From: a virus
Lineage: Duplodnaviria; Caudoviricetes
Virus record (IMG/VR): IMGVR_UViG_3300021431_000003
Span: 159,529-223,528 of that record
DNA length: 64,000 nt
Strand: one strand, 5' to 3'
The notes beneath the pieces were generated by a model that was given only the letters and a program-made list of their open reading frames with translations, was not told the origin of the DNA and did no database searches. The position numbers and the translations under genes were made by a program. Below are positions 1-9,376 of the stretch, piece after piece. Each line of letters opens with the position of its first letter. Position 1 is the stretch's first letter.

Positions 1-1
1 G

Positions 2-184
2 ATTATCAAACAGTGTATCGTTCATGGTTGTCCTTACAATATTACTACTGGTAAGTATGATAGTAAGGTTCTCACAAGTATTGATACTGATATTTGTATC
101 ATTGATACTATCTCTAAGATTATCACTATCATGGTAACTGCAAACCAGTTCATCCTTCCTACAATCAATATGAATAATTATTAA
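2..184 (+). CDS. 3' end of a gene, possibly a GroEL-like chaperonin (partial)
   Basis: Open frame ...PYNITTGKYDSKVLTSIDTDICIIDTISKIITIMVTANQFILP ending TAA 182-184 before a terminator; loosely resembles the chaperonin C-terminus (YNxxTGxY...LLTT). Confidence 0.45.
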   Translation: MIKQCIVHGCPYNITTGKYDSKVLTSIDTDICIIDTISKIITIMVTANQFILPTINMNNY

Positions 185-190
185 TAATAC

Positions 191-227
191 AAAAAAGAAC
201 GGGCTCTTAATTGAGTCCGTTCTTTTT
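191..227. terminator. Bidirectional intrinsic terminator
   Basis: aaaaaagaacgggctc-ttaatt-gagtccgttcttttt between convergent genes. Confidence 0.8.
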
Positions 228-296
228 CCAACTACTAATGACCTAAGTCACCTAGCTGATATATTCAATTTTCAAGATTCTATCGGTTACAAACTA

Positions 297-851
297 TTAG
301 TCGCAGAAATAGCTAATCGTCTGTAACGCCTTCCACATGTCAAGGAAGTTTTTCTCGTAGAGCCCAGACTTATTAATTGCGTTTTCGAAAAGCTCGAAAG
401 TTTTTCGCTCTACGACTTCTCCAAGAGGTCTAGTAAGCTGAATGATTGCAGAGCAATATGCATCGTCTGCATTAACACAATCAGCAAATTCCTTTACACA
501 ATGGAAGAAAGTATTATTATGTGCTTTTGCGTATCTTGTCAGTTTCAAAAAGTCCTCACCCTTGCAGTGAGCGAGTAAATCCACTGCTTTGTCGAAACTG
601 TGCTTGTATTCATCCTGTTCAGTGCTAGTCTTCGCTGCTTCGTCGTCAAGACTATCACCCCAAGGGGTAATACCCCATCCAGCGACAACATCAGTTTCCT
701 TGGCTGCAGCAAAGTCTGCTGCAGTGCATTCTTCAATCTTTTTCCAGAATGCACCCGCATCGTTGCCATGTCCGCAGATAACAAGAACGCAACCGTTCTT
801 AACTCCGAGTACCTTTCCGTTTACTACTATACTAGTGATATTTTCGTTCAT
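297..851 (-). CDS. Hypothetical protein, early cassette 1
   Basis: Start re-set to ATG 851 behind GGAGG (MNENITS...); visibly more GC-rich than the backbone. Confidence 0.8.
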   Translation of the reverse strand: MNENITSIVVNGKVLGVKNGCVLVICGHGNDAGAFWKKIEECTAADFAAAKETDVVAGWGITPWGDSLDDEAAKTSTEQDEYKHSFDKAVDLLAHCKGEDFLKLTRYAKAHNNTFFHCVKEFADCVNADDAYCSAIIQLTRPLGEVVERKTFELFENAINKSGLYEKNFLDMWKALQTISYFCD

Positions 852-1070
852 TGTTATTTCCTCCAGGAAATATTTACTCCTCACATAGGAGCATAGATAA
901 ACTGCGCTAGTTTTAAGGGCTATTCTAGCAACCCAAAGCGGCAAAGCTTCTTGGATAATCCCGCAGGTTTGTTTGTAGTATGCCGTCGCCAGGCACTACG
1001 GGAGTCCATTAAGAGATAATATGAGTGGTCGATAGTGACGGCTATCGATTTGATATTATCTCTTACTTGC
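852..1070 (-). ncRNA. Structured 5' leader (cis-regulatory RNA candidate)
   Basis: About 215 nt between promoter motif and ATG; 12-bp stem AAGAGATAATAT/ATATTATCTCTT, further stems and an H-type pseudoknot at 906-934. Confidence 0.5.
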
Positions 1071-1074
1071 TTAT

Positions 1075-1107
1075 ATTATATATATACCAAATATCAGATT
1101 TTTACAA
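1075..1107 (-). promoter_or_regulatory. Bipartite early-type promoter TTGTAA-N21-TATAAT
   Basis: Same 21-nt spacing recurs at 27151-27183, 45971-46003 and 47371-47403. Confidence 0.7.
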
Positions 1108-1129
1108 TCTCGTTATCTTTGATTTCCAG

Positions 1130-1142
1130 AACATTGAAATAA
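1130..1142 (+). promoter_or_regulatory. Late-type promoter motif AACW-N6-TAA
   Basis: AACA-ttgaaa-TAA upstream of an RBS; first of 23 intergenic copies listed in findings. Confidence 0.75.
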
Positions 1143-1163
1143 TACTATGAAAGGAGGACTGTT

Positions 1164-2630
1164 ATGGCTTCAGCAAGAAAGTATAAGTGTCCATTTTGTA
1201 GTAAATCTTTTGAAAGATCTAAGTTAGCTAGTCATATTGATAAGTATCATGATGACATGTTAAATCCTGATAAAGGATATACTGCAAATAGAATTGTATT
1301 TGACATTTGTAATAAGAAAGAACCTATTGGTGCTGGACAGGGAGTATGTCGCATTTGTAAGAAACCTACAGAATGGGACGAAGACTCTGTACGTTATAAG
1401 TCTTATTGCTCTGAAAAATGTAAGCAACAGGCTAGAGAGAATTATAAGAATAATATGCTAAGGGTATATGGTAAAACTACTTTACTTGATGATATTGAAT
1501 GGCAAGAAAATAAGATGCTTGCCAATCGTTCTATCTCTGGTAAATATCGCTGGTCTGATGGTACATACAAAACTTATGTAGGAAGTTATGAAAAGAAGTT
1601 CCTAGAGTTTTGTGATAGCGTATTAGGTATTAAGTCTGAAGACTTATTAACTCCTGGACCCACTATCTATTATGAGTATGACGGAGAAGAGCATACTTGG
1701 ATTACTGATGCGATTTATCTGCCATATAATCTTGTATTTGATATCAAAGATGGTGGAAGTAATAAGAACAATCGTGAAATGCCAGATTATAGAGCAAAGC
1801 AATTAGAGAAAGAGAAGTTTATTACAGACCAAGGTGAGTATAATTATATTAGACTTACTAATAATGAGTTTGTTCAGCTTCTTACAATCTTTGCTGAGCT
1901 TAAAGAAAACTATATGGATAGCACAGAACCTAAGACTATCTCTAGAGTTCATGAGCATATGGGTCCAGCAGGTCCAGGCGGTATGCCAGTTGTAGGGACC
2001 GATACAAATCCAAGTGTATTCATTACCAATTATATGAATAAGAATACATTCGAATCTGGATTTGCTATTTCTAATGACGTTACTTCTGAGTATATGATTG
2101 CTAGAGATAAGAAATCTGGTAAGCTTAAGAAAGTAAAGTCTAAAGATTTGCTAGAAGATTGTGAATGTGAAACTTATAAGTATATTGGTGATAATATTTC
2201 TAATATTCTTAAAGAACTGTATTCTGTATATAAAGCTGAGGAATATGTAGACTATCATTATCTACCTTGTCTTGTTACAGAGTTTACAGAGATTTTATCA
2301 GATGACCAATTAGAATATAGTGAACTATTGGAAATGGTGAATTGGGAACAGATTCATGAGAACTTTAATAGTTCTTTAGCTACATTACAGTTCCAATCTG
2401 AAGCAATATTAGAAGGCATTAAGCCAGTCGTATTTAATGTATTAGACCCAGTTAAGTATGAGTATAAGAAAAAACTCTTGAAAGAATATGAAGACTTGAC
2501 TATTCTACAGAGCCTAAATGGAAAATACTTTGGGTATAATAAACTAACTTGTAAAAGAACTAAAGGAGTAAATAGCATATATGATATAACTGAGTGTATG
2601 CTTAACTCTATATCTACTAACTCACAATAA
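1164..2630 (+). CDS. Zn-finger plus TnsA/T4 gp4-like PD-(D/E)XK nuclease with C-terminal extension
   Basis: C2H2 finger (CPFC...H..KYH), CxxC pairs, and YVGSYEKKFLEFCD...IYYEYDGEEHTWITD...FDIKDG resembling the TnsA-like/head-completion nuclease signature. Confidence 0.6.
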   Translation: MASARKYKCPFCSKSFERSKLASHIDKYHDDMLNPDKGYTANRIVFDICNKKEPIGAGQGVCRICKKPTEWDEDSVRYKSYCSEKCKQQARENYKNNMLRVYGKTTLLDDIEWQENKMLANRSISGKYRWSDGTYKTYVGSYEKKFLEFCDSVLGIKSEDLLTPGPTIYYEYDGEEHTWITDAIYLPYNLVFDIKDGGSNKNNREMPDYRAKQLEKEKFITDQGEYNYIRLTNNEFVQLLTIFAELKENYMDSTEPKTISRVHEHMGPAGPGGMPVVGTDTNPSVFITNYMNKNTFESGFAISNDVTSEYMIARDKKSGKLKKVKSKDLLEDCECETYKYIGDNISNILKELYSVYKAEEYVDYHYLPCLVTEFTEILSDDQLEYSELLEMVNWEQIHENFNSSLATLQFQSEAILEGIKPVVFNVLDPVKYEYKKKLLKEYEDLTILQSLNGKYFGYNKLTCKRTKGVNSIYDITECMLNSISTNSQ

Positions 2631-2643
2631 GGAGGAAATAATC

Positions 2644-3153
2644 ATGAGTATGTTTAACGAGAGAGTATTCAATATTCTTCTTGAATCTAGCAAGTGTAAG
2701 AGCACTTCTAAGGAAGAGTGTGGTAACGAGTGTGCTGATTTCCAGGATACTATCGGTAACGGTCATAACTTCTCTGATGTTATTGTACCGTCTAGTGTAA
2801 AGATGAACAAGGATACTATTCCAGTTTGTCAGGTTTCTAAGAAGGAATGTGGTGCAGAGTGTAAAGAGTGCGGTGATAACTGCAATGAATCTGCATACTT
2901 TATCGACGGTAGAATGCTTGACATTTATATGGATGACAATGGTATTAACGATGATGCTCAGGCGGTATATGATATCTGTGAACATTACGGTATTAATGTA
3001 GATGATGTTTATGTCGTTGTGGAATGCGATGAAGTAAACAAGGGTCTTATTGACCATGCTAAGACATATGTAGATTGCGGTCTGCTTCGTAGATGTCATG
3101 ACCAGATTCGTAATTGTATCAATGCAGGTATTAATGTAGCTAAACGTTCTTAA
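2644..3153 (+). CDS. Cys-rich acidic hypothetical protein
   Basis: AAGGAGG RBS; internal repeat SKEECGNEC/SKKECGAEC. Confidence 0.8.
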   Translation: MSMFNERVFNILLESSKCKSTSKEECGNECADFQDTIGNGHNFSDVIVPSSVKMNKDTIPVCQVSKKECGAECKECGDNCNESAYFIDGRMLDIYMDDNGINDDAQAVYDICEHYGINVDDVYVVVECDEVNKGLIDHAKTYVDCGLLRRCHDQIRNCINAGINVAKRS

Positions 3154-3158
3154 CATAT

Positions 3159-3191
3159 GAGAGAGGGTAGGTTGATTCCTACCCTCTCTTT
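3159..3191. terminator. Intrinsic terminator
   Basis: agagagggtagg-ttgatt-cctaccctctct followed by T. Confidence 0.75.
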
Positions 3192-3229
3192 AACTTCCTT
3201 ATAATATATTATAAATGGAGGTGTTCTAA

Positions 3230-3664
3230 ATGAGTAGAACATACAGACGTCGCAAGAAGAATTATAATAATTATAATTCTAAAAAGAATACCGCACCTGT
3301 TAGTTATAAAGTGTCACAAGACCTTACTAAAGATAAGTCTCCAGAAGTTAAAAGAGATACTTCTGGTAATATTATTTATTCTTCTCAATATATAGGTGAT
3401 GAAAAATTTGAATATTGGGTAGAATATAACTCTGATAAACAACCTATTCATTATCATGATAGTAGAGGTGGAGAATGGTGGATTAAGTATAATTCTAAAG
3501 GAAATATTTCTAACTTCTGGGATAATACTGGATATGAAGAAGTATATAATTACTATAAGAATGATGTAGTAATTAGTACAGATTCTTATGGTATTCGGAT
3601 TAAAAAAATTATAGACAAAGAGCGTTGTAAGATTACACGTGATGTATTCTTAAATACACCATAA
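3230..3664 (+). CDS. Hypothetical protein with YD/MORN-like beta-hairpin repeats
   Basis: Repeats YWVEYNSDKQPIHYHDSRG / WWIKYNSKGNISNFWDNTG; GGAGG RBS. Confidence 0.7.
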   Translation: MSRTYRRRKKNYNNYNSKKNTAPVSYKVSQDLTKDKSPEVKRDTSGNIIYSSQYIGDEKFEYWVEYNSDKQPIHYHDSRGGEWWIKYNSKGNISNFWDNTGYEEVYNYYKNDVVISTDSYGIRIKKIIDKERCKITRDVFLNTP

Positions 3665-3724
3665 ATTATATATTATTTTAATGTAAGTAAGACTTACAAA
3701 TATATTTTGAAAGGAACGATATAT

Positions 3725-4609
3725 ATGCCAAATTGGTGTAACAACTTTATAACATTCTTGAGCGATGGAACTCCAGAAGGAAATTGTGCTTTGGTAGACT
3801 TGCATAATAAAATAGAACAAGTCGCTAAACTTGTACAACAAATCCATCTTGGAAGTGGAGATTTGTGGGAGGTGTATTTAGCTAAGCTAGGATATGGTGT
3901 TGACATTTCGTGTTATCAACGTGGCTATATATATTATATAAGCGATATAGTCGGAAATGTGGAATTTAGCATCGAATGTTATGATGCTTGGTCTCCCAAT
4001 ATTCAATTCTGGCAAGCTTTACTCTATTACTTTTATCAGAATAGAATATCATTTACGTTTCAAGCATCTGAACCTGGTATGCAAATATATGAAACTAATG
4101 ACTTGGGTGTTTTACCAAGGTATACTGTCAATATATATGCAGAAGGTGTAGATGAATTATTGACTTTCGATAAACTTTGGAATTGGGATAATCCATTGTT
4201 TCCAAGAATTGATAATGAATATGTAGATAATTCTCAAGGACAATGGATAAAATATCCGTGTAGTCCATTATTTGATGAGAATGGTAATCGTAAATATTAT
4301 GATAGATGGGTTGAACCAAGAGTCTATTACTGGAATGAATTCGAAGGTGATGAAGACGAAATAATAAGTGAAACAGAAGAACTCATTACACTTCAACCAT
4401 TCGAAACAATTGATGATATCAGAGCAATTCCTGGAATTAATGTTAATGAGTGGCAATATATTAACACTGATGGAGCTATTGCTCAAGAAGAACTTTGTGA
4501 CAAAATTTGTTCAAAGATTGGATATAGTGAAAGTATGACTCCATATGGTAAAGTATCTCCAATCTATGACAACTTTACAACATTTTTAGGAGGTGACTCT
4601 AGTGAGTAA
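3725..4609 (+). CDS. Api92/YubB-like (DUF1281-type) protein
   Basis: N-terminal MPNWCxN motif plus AWSP and SEPG motifs; start moved to ATG 3725 after AAAGGA. Confidence 0.6.
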   Translation: MPNWCNNFITFLSDGTPEGNCALVDLHNKIEQVAKLVQQIHLGSGDLWEVYLAKLGYGVDISCYQRGYIYYISDIVGNVEFSIECYDAWSPNIQFWQALLYYFYQNRISFTFQASEPGMQIYETNDLGVLPRYTVNIYAEGVDELLTFDKLWNWDNPLFPRIDNEYVDNSQGQWIKYPCSPLFDENGNRKYYDRWVEPRVYYWNEFEGDEDEIISETEELITLQPFETIDDIRAIPGINVNEWQYINTDGAIAQEELCDKICSKIGYSESMTPYGKVSPIYDNFTTFLGGDSSE

Positions 4610-5141
4610 TCTTAGAGTATCAGGAATCATGAAAGATTCTATTGTTGACGGTCCTGGACTTAGATATGTAATCTTTGTACAGGGTTGTTATCATAAGTGT
4701 GAGGGTTGTCATAACCCTCAGACACATGACCCTCAGGGTGGTATTAATATGGATACAGATAATATTCTTAAAGAGTTTATCAGTAATCCTATGTATAACG
4801 GTATCACCTTCTCAGGTGGTGAACCTTTCCTTCAGGCTGACGCATTAGCGGATTTAGCTATTGCTATCAATAAGTATTTCAATAGCTCTATTGCACAAGT
4901 TGGAAGAGAGTTTAATATTATCTGTTATACAGGTTATACTTATGAACAGATTAAGAAAGGTATTGATGAAGGAATCATGTCTTATATGAGACTTCTTTAC
5001 AACATTGACTATCTTATTGATGGTAAGTTTGAAAAAGATAAAGCCTCACTTGACTGTAAGTGGAGAGGTTCTACTAATCAGCGTATCATTGATGTTAGAG
5101 CATCTTTGAGAGAAGGTAAAGTTGTAGAGGTAGAACTCTAA
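4602..5141 (+). CDS. nrdG: Anaerobic ribonucleotide reductase activating protein (radical SAM)
   Basis: DSIVDGPGLR, QGCYHKCEGCHNP, GITFSGGEP, DGKF, RGSTNQR motifs; GTG start behind GGAGG. Confidence 0.95.
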   Translation: MSNLRVSGIMKDSIVDGPGLRYVIFVQGCYHKCEGCHNPQTHDPQGGINMDTDNILKEFISNPMYNGITFSGGEPFLQADALADLAIAINKYFNSSIAQVGREFNIICYTGYTYEQIKKGIDEGIMSYMRLLYNIDYLIDGKFEKDKASLDCKWRGSTNQRIIDVRASLREGKVVEVEL

Positions 5142-5147
5142 TATATG

Positions 5148-5182
5148 AAAAGAAACAGGACACGAGAGTCCTGTTTCTTTTT
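5148..5182. terminator. Intrinsic terminator
   Basis: aaaagaaacaggac-acgaga-gtcctgtttcttttt. Confidence 0.8.
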
Positions 5183-5223
5183 AGTGTTGAACTTTATTAT
5201 AATATATAAAGGAGGTAGTTAGT

Positions 5224-6498
5224 ATGGCTACAAATATTGTTAAAGAAGATAATTTGCTCAGAGTTAAACATCATACTACTACATTAGTATATGATGAAAC
5301 AAGAAAAGACGACCTATTATCTAAGACAGATTTAGACCTTGTAGTAGTATTTAAAGATAAAGACGGAGAATATCCTACAGGTAAAATTGTATTAAGTAAT
5401 GAATTTGTTACTAAGTACAACTATAAGTATGTAACAGATGATATTGGTAACGTGTTATCTTGTACTATTACCAAGACTGTATCTAAGAATGGTCAATCTA
5501 CTGACATCGAAAAGACTAGTACAGCATCTTTCTATGATGCTAATGGTAGAGTAATTAAGAAAGAATATTATACTCGTGATGGTATTATGTATAATCGTGA
5601 ACAATTCTGGTATTGGGAGACTGGTAAACTTAAGACAAAGAAAGTTAAGTCTACTCATGTAATCGAAACCACTGAATATAATCATGATGGTAATGTAATT
5701 CTTGTATGGGCTAAGACAATTGCAAGCAAATGTATTTCTAGAAAGTATTCTGCTACTTATAATGAAAAAGGTGAGATTGTTCATTATGTAAAGTACGGCA
5801 AAGGATATGAGTGTTTTGTAGAAAGAGACCTTGACCATGAAGGTAATCTCTTATCTATTACTGAAATCTTTAAGCATCTTAGTGATAGAAAGGTATTTGC
5901 TAAGACTACAAAAGTCTATGACCCTAATGCTGGATATAAGCTTTCTAGAGTTATCAAGAATGGTTTTGTTGTAGACCAATATTGGTATGACTTAGAAGGA
6001 CAAGTAATTAAGAACGTTAAGAGTGAAAAAGATAATGATGTAATCACTACAATCATTGAAAGAAGTACTGATACTGAAACTGGTGAAAAGACAGTTGAAA
6101 AACATATCTACTTTGTAGATAAATGTGGTAAACAACGTAGTAAGTATATTAAAGAAGTATATGATGAGAACAATAATCTTCTTACATTTGCAGAGGATAA
6201 TTCTAAGGTTACAACATATACTTATAACGAAGATGGTAAACGTGAAACTGCAATCACTAAACAGCTTATTGATGAAGAGTTTGTAGTAATTGATAAAATT
6301 ACTTATACTTATTCTACAGATGAAGAAACTGGTGAAGAAAAGAAGACTCGTGTAGAAGAGCGTTATGATGCTAAGGGAAATATCACTCATAAGCAGACTC
6401 ATACAGAATCTATTACAGACACTAAGAAAGAATATACTGTAGAGAATAGAGTATATGAAGTTCCTGAAGCTGATGATAGTAATACTACAAATCCATAA
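5224..6498 (+). CDS. YD/RHS-like repeat protein without toxin tip
   Basis: Many YDxxGxxI units (FYDANGRVI, YNEKGEIV, YDENNNLL, YNEDGKRE, YDAKGNIT). Confidence 0.65.
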   Translation: MATNIVKEDNLLRVKHHTTTLVYDETRKDDLLSKTDLDLVVVFKDKDGEYPTGKIVLSNEFVTKYNYKYVTDDIGNVLSCTITKTVSKNGQSTDIEKTSTASFYDANGRVIKKEYYTRDGIMYNREQFWYWETGKLKTKKVKSTHVIETTEYNHDGNVILVWAKTIASKCISRKYSATYNEKGEIVHYVKYGKGYECFVERDLDHEGNLLSITEIFKHLSDRKVFAKTTKVYDPNAGYKLSRVIKNGFVVDQYWYDLEGQVIKNVKSEKDNDVITTIIERSTDTETGEKTVEKHIYFVDKCGKQRSKYIKEVYDENNNLLTFAEDNSKVTTYTYNEDGKRETAITKQLIDEEFVVIDKITYTYSTDEETGEEKKTRVEERYDAKGNITHKQTHTESITDTKKEYTVENRVYEVPEADDSNTTNP

Positions 6499-6540
6499 TT
6501 GTATATTATTTAAATAGAATATTAGAAAGGAGCCGATAAA

Positions 6541-6819
6541 ATGGCTAAAGCAATTGTTATTTATTATCACATTCCTGGTTTTGAGAAACTAGACCAGGGA
6601 TTGTACAAAAATCCACAGTTCGCTCAGAAGATGAATTTTGACATATTTCATCGAATTATCCTCAGAGCGAGACGTGTAGGACATAAACTTTATGAATTCT
6701 CTATCAACGGGATTACATATAGAGCCCGTTTGATTAGAGATCTTGAATCTTGGGAGAAAGCGTATTATGCCAACTCTAAAGAAACATGTATTACTAAACT
6801 GATGAATATTTATCCGTGA
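6541..6819 (+). CDS. Hypothetical protein
   Basis: AAGGAG RBS; TATATTAT motif at 6502-6509. Confidence 0.75.
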   Translation: MAKAIVIYYHIPGFEKLDQGLYKNPQFAQKMNFDIFHRIILRARRVGHKLYEFSINGITYRARLIRDLESWEKAYYANSKETCITKLMNIYP

Positions 6820-6844
6820 GTTCATCAGTTCGATGATTAAAAAG

Positions 6845-6878
6845 AATAACGGGGTGCATAATGCACCCCGTTTATTTC
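6845..6878. terminator. Bidirectional terminator
   Basis: aataacggggtgca-taa-tgcaccccgtttatt between convergent genes; near-identical stem at 34488. Confidence 0.8.
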
Positions 6879-6883
6879 TTGTC

Positions 6884-7570
6884 TTAAAACATAAGTCCGA
6901 ATTGACGTTGACATAACTTAGCATTATAGTATGTATATACAACTCCCATGAATGCTCTATAACAGTTCTCAATGAATTCGTATTCATCTGGATTACTGAA
7001 TGTCAATGGATACTCTCTGAAGTTTGGTTCTTCTTTATCAAACTGAAGAACTAGACATCCTTCAAGATTGATATTCTTTTTTATATAGATTAGATATCTA
7101 TATGCAGCTAACTGCATAAAGTATTTATAACCTACATGATTAGATGTCTTAAAGTCTACCATATATGGTTTGTCGTCAATACTGATGAGTAAATCGTATG
7201 TTCCTGCAAAGAACTCACCTACCATAGGTTCTTCTTGACCTAAGATTCTTACTCTATGACAATTATTAATTCCTTCCCACCATTTCTTAAATGCTTCTAA
7301 GCATACGTTAGGATGTTCTACTTTCTTTCCCTTTAAATACATCTCAATAGACTCATGTACCATTGTACCAAACTCAGCAGCTTTCATAGCAACTTCTCTA
7401 TTATCTAATCCTTGTCTACCAATTCTATTAGCCCATCCAATAAGACCTTCTGAATCAATAAAAGACAATAGTTCTGTTACACTTGGAACTCCTCTACCAT
7501 TATATGTATATCTAGCTTTTCTCTTATTAAAGACTGTTAAATCATTAAGCAATAATTCTGGGTCTAACAT
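6884..7570 (-). CDS. PD-(D/E)XK family exonuclease
   Basis: PSVTELL, GTMVHESIE, E...AGTYD...VDFKTS, QLAAY motifs. Confidence 0.85.
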   Translation of the reverse strand: MLDPELLLNDLTVFNKRKARYTYNGRGVPSVTELLSFIDSEGLIGWANRIGRQGLDNREVAMKAAEFGTMVHESIEMYLKGKKVEHPNVCLEAFKKWWEGINNCHRVRILGQEEPMVGEFFAGTYDLLISIDDKPYMVDFKTSNHVGYKYFMQLAAYRYLIYIKKNINLEGCLVLQFDKEEPNFREYPLTFSNPDEYEFIENCYRAFMGVVYTYYNAKLCQRQFGLMF

Positions 7571-7681
7571 AGTAAGAATCTACTCCCTTCATTACAATAA
7601 TTTAATAGTAAGTTGAAACATATATTATTTATGTAATGGAGAGACATACTCTCAAATCTAAATGAAAGAAGGAATCAACAC

Positions 7682-9364
7682 GTGGAAATGAATGATCCTC
7701 GTATGGAGAATCTTCGTAGAGCAGCTGGAGTCACTAGACAGCAAAGTCAAGCTATCATGAATCGACTCAACTCTATGAATGATGAGGAAGTTAATTTGTT
7801 ATTAAGTGAAAATGAAGAATTGAGAGATTTTATCTCAGTAGATGCAGACAAGGATAACAGTGGCATCGTTGTCAATTATGCAAATCAGCCACAAAACGAA
7901 AATACAAATCAGATTACATTCCAAGCACCGTGGGAAGGTAATCTATCTGTAGGAGGAGCGATGTCTCCTCAAACAATGAATCTATTCCAATCAAATGGTT
8001 TATTCGGAAACATTTGGAATTGGGGACAGATGGATAAAAGAGTCCAGATATATAATCAGCATCCTGGGATGAGACTGTATAATATCAATCCTTATCAATT
8101 CTTAGATGAGAATGATTTGATTGATTATTATACTGCACTTGAACAGCAGAGAGAAAAAGATGAAAATCTTAAATATGTATTCTGTAGACTTGGAGCTAGA
8201 GAAGACGGTTCTAAAGAAGCTCTTGAATGGGCAGAGCAGTTCAAGTTTAAACCCGCTGATGATATTGTGAAAGAACAATATGAAGCAAGGCAGAGAGCAG
8301 AAGAAGAGAGGAGAAAAGAACTCTATGGAGAAGATGGTACTAGAACAGTATATGGTGTTTATGACGCTAATGGTTATCGTCTTCAGAGAACTTGTGCTTT
8401 CAAAGTTGTAAATCTTGAAACTGGTGAAGTTGTAAAGGAAGTAAAGTATCGTAAAGATGAAAATGGTCAATCTTATGAGATTCATTCTATGACAGAAGAC
8501 CGTAAACTTGCATATGAAATTCAGCAGATTCATGCAGCATTCTATCAGGATGCAAGATTTAAGGAAGTATTCAGAAGACTCTTTAATCAAGATTACTTTG
8601 GTAATATTGCTAAGTGGGAGGGTTGGAAACAAGCAGGTCTTACCAAAGCTCAGATGTATACTCTATATGAAGACGAAAGAGTAGATTGGAAGAAGCATGA
8701 GAAGCTTATTAATAGAGCTCTTATGGCGGCATCATATTCTAGAGAGAAGTTTAATGATATCCTCAGAAAGTGTTGTCATTGTGAGTTGGACTATGCTAAT
8801 AAGTCCAGCTTCTTTAGTCTGTCTTATGACTTTGAAAGAGATTTGCATTATAAGAGACTCACTTCTACACCTGAAGAAATGCAGAATGACCCGATGGTAC
8901 ATTCTAAACTTCAACAGGAATACGAAATCAAACGTAAGTTGTTTATGGATAAGGTGAATAGTGGTAACCTTGGATGTAATATGATGATGGATGCAAACTA
9001 TCATCCTACTTTCCCGAAGCCGAATATCGAACAGCTTACACTTGAGGATTTTAACAAGCCTGAGAATCAAGTAATGTATACTCAGATTGTTACACCAGAA
9101 ATTGCAACTCCGAATATGTTCATTCCAGATAACAAGTCTAATGATAAACCATTGTCAAGAGAGGAGATACTTGCAATGAATGGCGTTAAACTGGATGCAA
9201 ATGGACAGGTTATACCACAACAAAGAACCATTGGTTATATGACTGTAGATGACGATACAGGTCAGGTTATATCTCAGCAAGAGTTTGATGTAGCGACAGG
9301 TAATCAAGGTAACTCTGCGAATAATAATATGACAGACGAAGAATTAATCAATGCTGGTTTCTAA
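7682..9364 (+). CDS. Hypothetical protein (early operon)
   Basis: Long ORF after TATATTAT at 7621-7628. Confidence 0.8.
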   Translation: MEMNDPRMENLRRAAGVTRQQSQAIMNRLNSMNDEEVNLLLSENEELRDFISVDADKDNSGIVVNYANQPQNENTNQITFQAPWEGNLSVGGAMSPQTMNLFQSNGLFGNIWNWGQMDKRVQIYNQHPGMRLYNINPYQFLDENDLIDYYTALEQQREKDENLKYVFCRLGAREDGSKEALEWAEQFKFKPADDIVKEQYEARQRAEEERRKELYGEDGTRTVYGVYDANGYRLQRTCAFKVVNLETGEVVKEVKYRKDENGQSYEIHSMTEDRKLAYEIQQIHAAFYQDARFKEVFRRLFNQDYFGNIAKWEGWKQAGLTKAQMYTLYEDERVDWKKHEKLINRALMAASYSREKFNDILRKCCHCELDYANKSSFFSLSYDFERDLHYKRLTSTPEEMQNDPMVHSKLQQEYEIKRKLFMDKVNSGNLGCNMMMDANYHPTFPKPNIEQLTLEDFNKPENQVMYTQIVTPEIATPNMFIPDNKSNDKPLSREEILAMNGVKLDANGQVIPQQRTIGYMTVDDDTGQVISQQEFDVATGNQGNSANNNMTDEELINAGF

Positions 9365-9376
9365 GGTGGTGTAATT

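Noticed and set aside
852-944. N-terminal extension of ORF 297-944 and a 29-codon ORF within leader 1
   Set aside because: No RBS; a strong GGAGG precedes ATG 851 and the region is better explained as structured RNA.
1075-1107. Host sigma-A promoters at the early cassettes
   Set aside because: The 21-nt spacer in all four copies does not fit sigma-A geometry.
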